Assembly (NCBI GenBank): GCA_963809485.1
Contig: CAWEJX010000008.1
Coordinates: forward strand, 288,001-352,000
From: an uncultured Acidobacteriota bacterium
Lineage (GTDB): Bacteria; Acidobacteriota; UBA6911
DNA: 64,000 bases
Reading direction: 5' to 3'
Shown here: positions 9,264 to 17,598 of the stretch, piece after piece
How the letters are laid out: each line of letters opens with the position of its first letter
Numbering within the stretch: the first letter of the stretch is position 1
Program-made: the position numbers and the translations under genes
Notes under the pieces: generated by a model
Database searches by the model: none
Seen by the model: only the letters and a program-made list of their open reading frames with translations
What the model was told of the DNA's origin: nothing

Positions 9264-9639
9264 CTACGGTTTTTGTTTATATGTCAGAAGATATTTTATA
9301 AAACCCCGAATTGCTGCGCGGGTTTCGCCCGCATGATTGTAGACATCCTGAAAGTCGGCTTTCGAAATGTATTTCTGATCCAAGGCCACGTAAAGCTCGC
9401 TCTGTACCTCAGAGCATGAGCGTTTGGCATATCGAAGGAAGCGAAGGAATTCAGCATTAGTCTCCGAATCGAATCCTTCCGCAATATTATGCATAGCCGA
9501 ACCAGCAGCGCTTTGAATCTGTCTTCTTAAGGCCAAAATCCCGGGCAAACTTGTCCTTATTTGTTAGGCCATAGATTTTACTGGTTAGCTCTCGAGCCAG
9601 CTGCCATGCCTTGATTTCCTCAAAACGCTGAATTTTCAT
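9264..9639 (-). CDS. Four helix bundle protein (23S rRNA IVS protein / Avd-like fold), one frameshift near 9528
   Basis: MKIQRFEEIKAWQLAREL...DFGL joined to RQIQSAAGSAMHNIAEGF...FLRYAKRSCSEVQSELYVALDQKYI; one extra base in AAGAAGA. Confidence 0.85.
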
Positions 9640-9689
9640 GTTAGATACAGTTACTGGTTCGAAGTAGCCGGCTTCCATCAGAGCTATAC

Positions 9690-9725
9690 CAAACTGGAAA
9701 CTGGAAACTGGGAACTCGGAACTCG
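9690..9725. repeat. Heptamer array, right arm flanking the four-helix-bundle gene
   Basis: aaactggaaactggaaactgggaactcggaactc. Confidence 0.85.
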
Positions 9726-9726
9726 T

Positions 9727-10488
9727 TTAATCGGCGACGATGCCTCCATCCACGGGCAGCGCGGCGCCCGTAATGTAAGAGGCTTCATCCGAGCACAGGA
9801 ACATGGCTGCGGCGGCTACCTCTTCAGGTTCGCCTATCCTTCCCATGGGAACTTTCTGGTCCATTGCCTTGACCATTTCCGGATTCGCGGCTACCAGGCT
9901 TTCATTCATGCCCGTCCGGATGGGGCCCGGGCAGACACAGTTAACCCGAATGCCTTTTCGCGCAAACTCCAGCGCGGTCGATTTCGTGATTCCCACAACT
10001 CCGTGCTTGCTGGCCGGATAGGCCGGATTGCTCGGCGCTCCAACCAGTCCCGCGGCCGAAGACGTGTTCACAATGGCGCCTTTCCCTAGCTTGAGCATTT
10101 GCGGGATCTCATATTTCATGCACAGCCATACGCTCTTGAGATTCACATTGATCATCTCTTCCCAGTCCGCGGCTGTGAAATCGGCCATGGAAGCAAATAC
10201 CTTATGAATCCCGGCATTGTTGAAAGCGCAGTCAAGCTTCCCGTAAGTTTCGACCGTTTTCTCTACTAAAGCTTTAACATCTGCCTCCGAAGATACGTCC
10301 GTTTTTACAAAAAATGCGTCGCCACCGGCATCCTTGATCCGGCGTAGAGTTTCTTCTCCCCGCTTGACATCGACGTCGGCGATTGCCACCTTTGCTCCTC
10401 TTTGAGCAAAGCCTATTGCGGCCGCTCTGCCGATGCCATAAGCCCCCCCAGTCACGATCACAACCTTGTTTCGATACTCGTTTGGCAT
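9727..10488 (-). CDS. Short-chain dehydrogenase/reductase (classical SDR, probably NAD-dependent)
   Basis: TGGAYGIG, NNAG, YPASK, VDGG; likely start MPNEY at 10488 with GGAG RBS. Confidence 0.93.
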   Translation of the reverse strand: MPNEYRNKVVIVTGGAYGIGRAAAIGFAQRGAKVAIADVDVKRGEETLRRIKDAGGDAFFVKTDVSSEADVKALVEKTVETYGKLDCAFNNAGIHKVFASMADFTAADWEEMINVNLKSVWLCMKYEIPQMLKLGKGAIVNTSSAAGLVGAPSNPAYPASKHGVVGITKSTALEFARKGIRVNCVCPGPIRTGMNESLVAANPEMVKAMDQKVPMGRIGEPEEVAAAAMFLCSDEASYITGAALPVDGGIVAD

Positions 10489-10639
10489 TTCTCTATCTCC
10501 TCTTTTCGGGGTCTCTATTTCCGGTTCCCGCTCCTCGCCGGCAATCTTGGTTGTCCTCAATGGAAAAGCGGAAACGGGAAACCTGGAATGTCTATTCTTA
10601 GGGATGTCTTCAGCATTAGTCAACAACCGAAGAGCCCGT

Positions 10640-11947
10640 CTAATACTTCCCGGGTAGATAAGTTGCCATCTCCGGGAAAACAAAGAGCAGGATGAGGCAG
10701 AGGACAAGCGTAATCAGGAACGGCAGGACTCCTTTGTATATTCGGCCGATGGATTCCTGCGTGATGTTTTTTACAACAAAAGCCGCTACGGCCACAGGAG
10801 GCGTGATCACCCCGATCATCATCGTCACCCCAAGGACGATGGAAAACCAGATGGGGTCATATCCGAGCTTGACGGCCACAGGGAAAAAAATAGGCGTTGC
10901 TAAAATCATGAATGCGATGTCGTCGACGAAGGATCCGCCCAAAAGATAGATGAGAAGGATGACCACAAGGACCAGATGGGAGGGCAGAGGCAGGCTGAGC
11001 GTCCAGGAAGCCACGACGCCCGGTATTTTGGAAATGACGATGAAGTGGCCGAGCACCGCAGATCCCCCGATCAGCATAAGAACCATGCAACCCATGCGCA
11101 GCGATTCGCGTACGGATTTTGCGAACCCCCGGCAATCCAGGTCCCGCTTTAAAAGGGCAAGCAGGAGAACGGCAATAGCGCCGACGCTGCCCGCTTCCGT
11201 TGGCGTAAAATAGCCCGCCAGCATGCCTCCCACCGTAACGACAAAAATCAGCAGCGGTCCGAAAATTTGAGGCACCGACCGGGCGCGTTCTCTCCATCCC
11301 GCAGCCTCTGCCCTGGGGGCCAACGAGGGATTCATACGGCACCACAGGGCGATCGTCACAAGGAATAATGCGGCGATCAACAGACCGGGGACGATGCCCG
11401 CAAGAAACAATTTCCCGATCGATTGATCCGTGATCATGGCAAGGATTATGAGAGTTCCGCTCGGAGGCAGGAGGAAGCCCAGAGTCCCCACACTTGCGAC
11501 TACACCGGTGGATAATTTCCTGCTGTAGCCGTATTTGTCCATCTCGGGAATGGCAACGCTGGAAAAGGTCGCTGTGGTTGCCAGCGAAGATCCTGAAATA
11601 GCCTTGAAAATTGTCGCGCCGACGACCGTCGCCATGGCCAGCCCTCCGGGCACATGGCCCACGAATTTCCGGGATGTCCCGTACATCTTTTCCGCAATCC
11701 CGGAATTGAAGGCCACCTGACCCATAAGGACAAAGAGCGGGATCACCACAAAAGCATAGGAGGCAAAGGCATCATAAAAGTCTTTAGCCAAAAGGTCGAC
11801 GGCGGCAGGAAAGGACCTCAGGATGCCGAATCCGACGAACCCGACAAAAGTCATGGCGAAAGCCAGTTCAATCCCCGTCAGGAAGAGCGCCAGCAGCAGG
11901 CCGAGACCGATACATCCAATCAGCACCTCGTTCATAGCAGGATTCAC
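10640..11947 (-). CDS. dctM: TRAP transporter large permease
   Basis: IPLFVLMG, AISGSSLAT, GTLGFLLPPS, FTPTEAG, ITPPV; highly hydrophobic. Confidence 0.93.
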   Translation of the reverse strand: MNPAMNEVLIGCIGLGLLLALFLTGIELAFAMTFVGFVGFGILRSFPAAVDLLAKDFYDAFASYAFVVIPLFVLMGQVAFNSGIAEKMYGTSRKFVGHVPGGLAMATVVGATIFKAISGSSLATTATFSSVAIPEMDKYGYSRKLSTGVVASVGTLGFLLPPSGTLIILAMITDQSIGKLFLAGIVPGLLIAALFLVTIALWCRMNPSLAPRAEAAGWRERARSVPQIFGPLLIFVVTVGGMLAGYFTPTEAGSVGAIAVLLLALLKRDLDCRGFAKSVRESLRMGCMVLMLIGGSAVLGHFIVISKIPGVVASWTLSLPLPSHLVLVVILLIYLLGGSFVDDIAFMILATPIFFPVAVKLGYDPIWFSIVLGVTMMIGVITPPVAVAAFVVKNITQESIGRIYKGVLPFLITLVLCLILLFVFPEMATYLPGKY

Positions 11948-12432
11948 CGTTCGCGTTTTTGTATCGTTCCCAGCAATTCGGAAAACAGGACCAGGGTTTG
12001 TATCAGGAAGGCGCCGCCTACGGCATAGGCCACGTAGTAAAAAGGAAAAGCCAAGACAGCCGTTACCTCGCCCGAAATCTTCAGACGGACGCCCATTTGT
12101 ATCGTGCCATAGCCGGCAAGAAGAAATATCCCGATGCCCATGCCTCGAGTAATCACCGCAAGCAAAAGATTGGACTTTGCCGAGAGTTTTGCCGTTAAAA
12201 GATCCGTGCTGACGTGCCCTTTCGCCATGGAAGTTGCCGGAAGAGCCAAACCGATGATCAATCCACCCGCGAGGGAGACAATCTCATAGGTCCCCGGGAC
12301 CGGGTGGCCGAAAAGCCTCCCGACAATGTCCGCTCCTATCAGCAGCATCACACCGATGAGGGCTGCCCCCGCGACAAATTCCATCCATGCGCTCAAATGG
12401 CCGGAGGCCTGGCTGAAAGACAATCGCATCAT
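11944..12432 (-). CDS. dctQ: TRAP transporter small permease
   Basis: Four TM segments, DIVGR..G.PVPGTYE and GHV motifs; lies between dctP and dctM. Confidence 0.88.
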   Translation of the reverse strand: MMRLSFSQASGHLSAWMEFVAGAALIGVMLLIGADIVGRLFGHPVPGTYEIVSLAGGLIIGLALPATSMAKGHVSTDLLTAKLSAKSNLLLAVITRGMGIGIFLLAGYGTIQMGVRLKISGEVTAVLAFPFYYVAYAVGGAFLIQTLVLFSELLGTIQKRER

Positions 12433-12534
12433 TCTCTCTCCCCGCGACTCGATCGCGGTTTTCTTAGCCTGAAGACATGTCAACCCGAAAGCCTGATTCC
12501 ACAGTCTATAGGATTCATAAATTGCCGATACAAA

Positions 12535-13554
12535 TCATCGCTGCATGTTTTGCTGCACCCAGTCTTTGCAGAACTGCAATGCCTCCATCGCCGGCAAACC
12601 TCTGGCGGATTTCTCCTGTACCAAAGCTTCGTAGAGAGGCAATACGGCCCTCTCCCATCTTTTCTCTTCTTCGCTGCTTAGATAAATGGAGACGTGATCT
12701 TTTGCCGACCACTTTCTTATGGTGTTCTGATCCTTCTCGTCCCAGATCCGGCTTAGCTTTTCCGCGTATTCATCGGACATTTGGTTGATTATGTCCTGCA
12801 TTTCGACGGGAAGGCTGTTCCACTTGGCTTTGTTCATAAAAACGAGACCGGGGGCGCCCACAGAGGCATAGCGACTCACGGTGGTGTAATGCAGGATTTC
12901 GCCCCATTTAAGGGTCTCCAGCGAATCCCAGGCCGCCACCACGCCATCCACGATCCCTTTACGCAACGCATCGTAGGTATCGCTGGTCGGGATAACGATC
13001 GAGACAGCGCCCAGAGCTTCCAGGACCTTCGCTGCGTTGCCCCCCAGGCACCGAATCTTCATGCCCGATAAATCTTCAAGTTTCCTCACCGGTCTCTGGG
13101 TATGGAGCAGGCCGGGACTGGCGCTCAGGAAAAAAAGCACTTTCACCTGCTCCAGTTCCATGGGCTTGAAAGCACGAAAAAAGCCGTTGGACAACCGCGT
13201 CATCATAAAGGAGCTTCCGATGCCCAGAGGCTGTTCCATGACTTCAGTCAGCGGGAAACGGCCGGGGGTCAAGCCCATAGGCCCAAATCCGATGTCCGCG
13301 ATGCCCGTAGTCACGGAATCGTAGATTTGGGTTGCAGGAGTGAGAATTCCTCCAGGGTAATAGGTAGCCTGGATGCTCCCTCCGCTCCTTCGGCCCAGAT
13401 CCCTGCACCATTCTTCCAGCACCTGGCTGAGTTTGTCGTGGGCAGGCAGGATGCCGGAAAATTCGAGTTTGGTTATAGGTTTCTCCGGCCGGCAGGCTTG
13501 TCCGGCAAGCAGCGCAACGCAACAAAGCACCCGCAGGATATGTCTCATGCTCAT
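12535..13554 (-). CDS. dctP: TRAP transporter substrate-binding protein
   Basis: Signal peptide, YYPGGIL, GRFPLTEV, LEDLSGMKIR, MNKAKWNSLP. Confidence 0.9.
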   Translation of the reverse strand: MSMRHILRVLCCVALLAGQACRPEKPITKLEFSGILPAHDKLSQVLEEWCRDLGRRSGGSIQATYYPGGILTPATQIYDSVTTGIADIGFGPMGLTPGRFPLTEVMEQPLGIGSSFMMTRLSNGFFRAFKPMELEQVKVLFFLSASPGLLHTQRPVRKLEDLSGMKIRCLGGNAAKVLEALGAVSIVIPTSDTYDALRKGIVDGVVAAWDSLETLKWGEILHYTTVSRYASVGAPGLVFMNKAKWNSLPVEMQDIINQMSDEYAEKLSRIWDEKDQNTIRKWSAKDHVSIYLSSEEEKRWERAVLPLYEALVQEKSARGLPAMEALQFCKDWVQQNMQR

Positions 13555-13801
13555 AGCATCAATAAGTCAGCCATCATCATCGATTTTGTCAAAATAAGTC
13601 GGCGCCACACAATCCTGCAGCGGTCGAACTCCGTGATCCGCCCAAAAAATTCAGATTTTTCAGGCAATCCTCCATCGGCGAACTATCCTGCCCAAAAGCC
13701 GGAACGATCTTTCCTATATTAAGCCGAAGCCGTTTTTTTTTAGAGAAAATATCAAAGCGCTCCCATTTCTGCCCATTGGATGACATGCTAAAATCATCGG
13801 C

Positions 13802-15430
13802 ATGTCGACACAAGAAACTGTAAAGCCGGTAGAAATCAGTCCGCTTCGGCCGAAGTACGCCGAAAAAACGCCACCCTGTGTCTCTCACTGCCCGAATGAA
13901 GCCGATATCCGGGGCTGGATCACCACGATAGCACAGGCTGAAGCTTACGGGAGAACTGACGAGCAAGCCCTCGAGCTGGCATGGCGAAAAATCACCGATC
14001 TCAATCCCTTCCCCGCTATTTGCGGCCGTGTCTGCCCGCACCCATGCGAGGCGCAATGCAACCGCAAGGACAAGGATGGCCCTGTAGCCATCAACGCATT
14101 GGAGCGGTTTGTCGGCGATTACGGCATCGCCCGGGGATTAGGGCTTGAACGGCTTTCAGAAGACAAACGCCAGGACAAGGTTGCGGTCATAGGATCAGGT
14201 CCGGCAGGCCTTTCCTGCGCCTATCAGCTGGCTCGCCGCGGATATCCGGTCACGATTTATGAGGCCTTCAGCCAACCCGGCGGCATGCTGCGCTACGGCA
14301 TTCCCCAATACCGGTTACCCAGGGAGATATTGGACGCGGAAATTCACCGGATCCTGGATCTCGGGGTCGAGCTGAAGTGCGGCGTGATCGTTGGAAAGGA
14401 TATCTCCCTTGCGCAGCTGCGGCAGGAGTGCAAGGCAATTTTCGTCGGCATCGGCGCGCACAAGGGGCAGAGGCTCGGCATACCGGGTGAAGATGCCGGT
14501 AACGTTTTAACCGGCGTTGAATTTCTCAATCAGGTCAATAGCGGCCATCCCATGAACCTGGGCAGTTGCGTCCTTGTCGTCGGCGGCGGGGATACTGCCA
14601 TCGACGCAGCTAGAATCTGCAGGCGCCTGGGCGCCGAAGTCACAATACTCTATCGCCGGACCCGAGTCCGAGATGCCCGCAATCGCAAGGGAAATCGACG
14701 CCGCTATGGAAGAAGGAGTGGCCATTGAATTCCTGGCTGCGCCGACGGAAGTGCTTCGTGAAAATGGCACGGCGGTTGGATTGAAGTGCATCCGTATGGA
14801 GCTTGGAGCGCCCGATGCTTCCGGACGCTCCCGGCCGATGCCGATAGCCGGATCCGAGTTCGAAATAAAAGCCTCAACGATTATTGTCGCCGTCAGCCAG
14901 GAACCTGAATTGACCGCTCTTGCCGATTTGCAGGAAAACATGGAACGGATCCGGACCGATGAATGGGGAGCCACCGGCATCGCGGGTATTTATGCCGGCG
15001 GCGATGACCTCGAATTAGCCCTTGGTGGCCACAGCCGTATACCAGGGCCGATTGGCTGCCCAGGCGATCGATTCCCATTTCGCGGGGATAGATCCTGACA
15101 AAACCGGAGACACATCCTCCGGCTACCAAGGTGATCGCGGACTGGCATATGGAAGCGGAACGTCATGAACGGCAGCGTCTTCCGGTCGAGCAGCGCGATA
15201 TGGACGCTGAAATCGAGCAGGGCATGTCTCAGGAAGAAGCCCTCGAGGAAGCAAAACGCTGCATGTCGTGCGGCATGTGCATGGATTGCGAAAGCTGCTG
15301 GATGTACTGCACCAACAACTGCTTTGTCAGGCTTCCGAAGGGGGAGCACTACAGCATCAAGATGGATCTGTGCAACGGCTGCAAAAAATGCGCCGATGGC
15401 TGCCCCACCGGCTATCTCGAACTCGTTTAG
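13802..15430 (+). CDS. dsrL: DsrL-like iron-sulfur flavoprotein (NAD(P)H oxidoreductase, GltD/NfnB superfamily), two frameshifts near 14660 and 15020
   Basis: N-terminal KTPPC..HCP...DIRGW, NPFPAICGRVCPHPCE, GSGPAG, GGGDTAID, YRR motif, and C-terminal RCMSCGMC.DC..CWMYC...C.GCKKCADGCPTGY ferredoxin domain; split over ORFs 13802, 14574 and 15131. Confidence 0.65.
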
Positions 15431-15630
15431 TTTCCAGTTCCCAGTTTCCAGTTCCCAGTTGGAAAAAGGATTGGAAATCATCAAAGGCATCGGAATTTGG
15501 CCATGCAGCGCATGAGAGACATATAGGCAGAGTCACCCCCAACAGCTATTCGAGCTCTTCCACTTTTGTGTTTTCCAGTCTTGGGTGGATGGTTTTGAAC
15601 TGGGAACTGGGAACTGGAAACTTGAAACTC
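15429..15630. repeat. Inverted heptamer arrays enclosing a ~135 bp spacer between convergent genes
   Basis: agtttccagttcccagtttccagttcccagtt ... gaactgggaactgggaactggaaacttgaaactc; each arm begins at or next to a stop codon. Confidence 0.9.
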
Positions 15631-15631
15631 A

Positions 15632-17526
15632 TCAAGCTAGATCCTGAAGGTCCAACTCCTGTAGCCTCTCTTTGCGAAACTTGCCGGCCTCAAAGTCGAA
15701 GCCCATGGCTTCGAAGTATTGATGTTTTAGTCCTTCAAATTCGAGCGTAACACCCTTGGTCGGACCCGCAGTAAGCGGCGGGTTTCCACGTGCCCTTTCC
15801 GGCATGGTAGAAATCCCGAAGCTTGAATCCTTCTCTGAGATTGAAAAGATGAAGCATGGTGCCGATGCGCTGGCCCGTCTGTTTCAGATTTTCCACATTC
15901 AGGTCCCAGCCGGTGATCGCCCTCATCAGTTCTATCCACCGGAAATTCAGGCCGTCGGCGGCAAAAATGCAGACGCCCGAAGTATTCATCAGATGCTGCC
16001 AGCCCGACATAATCACCTGGTACTTTCCTTTACCTTCCGGATTGTACTTATCCATCTGGGTTGGGACTCCCAGCGGTTCATAGATATCCGGATTCGCCAT
16101 GCCGGTTTCCGGGAACTGGGTCCCTCCCCGGGTATGGATTGCAGGAGAGGCTTCCGAGATGTAGGTTGCGCCCCATCCGGCGGCCCGTCTCGGATCGTGC
16201 ATCGGAATCAGTTGCCCGCCGACATGAATGGCTAATTGTTCAGCCCCTTTGCCGAACTTTTCCGCGGCGATTTTGGCTCCTTCGCGCCAGAGATATCGCC
16301 AATCCCTTCGCGCCGGGCTATTTTGTGAATGAGCTCGATGATCGCGTCGGCATTCCCCCACTTCAGTTCCAAACCATCGGTATCCTTGTTGGTGAGAATG
16401 CCGTTCTCGTAGCAATCGATGGCAAAGGCAATCGTTCCTCCCACACCGATCGTGTCCATCCCATAAAGGTTGCACAATTCATTGGCATAGATCAGGGATT
16501 CCGTGTTGTCGTTCAGGAGATTGGGGCCAAAGGCCGCCAGCGATTCGTATTCGGGCTTATGCGCTCGCTTGACCGCATACTTGCCTTCGTCGACCTGCAT
16601 CCAGCCGCCGCAGGCAATCTGGCAATCCACGCAGGCATATCGGTCTACGGAGTATTTCTCCAGCGATTCCCATCCGACTTTTTCCCACTTCTCCCTCGGG
16701 AAAATCCTCAATATTGTTTCCCGCCCAATTCCTGATGGGAACATCGTGATCCATAAAATGCGGCATCATCGCGCTGGCGGTTCCGCCGTGGAACAGCACC
16801 GCCATCATGGGCCCGGGATTGTTCTGCATCTCACTCGTAATGCTGGTTACAAGGTCTCTTTACCTTGTCTTTGTCAAAAATCCCGGGCCGCTGGAAACCG
16901 AAACAGGCGACGGCCTTCAGATTCTTCGATCCCATGACCGCGCCCAGGCCCGATTTCGTGCGGCGGCTCTTCCCTTGTCATTGATTACGGCGGCAAGCGC
17001 ACGCACTTTTCCCCGGCATGCCCGATGCTGACGATTTTATAGTCTCTGCCCGGATTTTCTTCGCCAGGATCATCTCTTCCGTCCGGGTCGTATCCTTGCC
17101 CCACAGATGGCGCGCGTCTTTGATCTCCGCCTTCCCGTTGGTGACCAGCAGGTACACCGGATGCTCAGCCTTGCCTTCAAAAAAGATAAAATCGTAACCC
17201 GGACGCCCTGAGCGCGATCGCAAAATTTCCCCCGCTGTTGGCGTCTCCCCAGTAGCCGGTCAGCGGGGACTTTGCCCATGACGGTGTACCGGCAGGTGGA
17301 GACAGTTCCGGCGAGCGTCAGCGGCCCGGTGCCCAATGGCGAAAATGTTGTCCGGCCCCAGCGGATCGACTCCGGGCTTCATGCGCTCATACATAATCCT
17401 CGAACCGATGCCGTAGCCGCCGATGAATTTTTTCGCCAGATCCTCGGAAAGCTCCTCAGTGCGGGTTTTCCCATCACTCAAATTCACGAAGAGCATCCTG
17501 CCCACATACCCATATTTTGCTTTCAT
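15632..17526 (-). pseudogene. aor: Aldehyde:ferredoxin oxidoreductase (W/Mo AOR family), many frameshifts (pseudogene or sequencing errors)
   Basis: Fragments YGYVGRMLFVNLS, FIGGYGIG, GYDFIFFEGKAE.PVYL, C..C.IAC, PEYES, CNLYGMDTI, PMHDPR; C-terminus YFEAMGFD...LQDLA* ends at 15632. Confidence 0.8.
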
Positions 17527-17545
17527 GAATATCTCCCTACAAATC

Positions 17546-17577
17546 GGGGACAGTGCGTTGACTGTCCCCGTTTTTTG
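17546..17577. terminator. GC hairpin with T/A tails (GGGGACAG...CTGTCCCC); terminator or REP-like
   Basis: cggggacagtgcgttgactgtccccgtttttt. Confidence 0.5.
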
Positions 17578-17598
17578 ACTCGCCCTTCAGATCAGGGA

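Noticed and set aside
9264-9639. Four-helix gene as Avd of a diversity-generating retroelement or as a true 23S IVS
   Set aside because: No reverse transcriptase, TR/VR pair or rRNA sequence in the window.
9727-10707. N-terminally extended ORF-track calls (SDR 326 aa, PotB 398 aa, cytochrome 367 aa)
   Set aside because: The extensions overlap upstream genes or repeats; internal starts match the expected family lengths.
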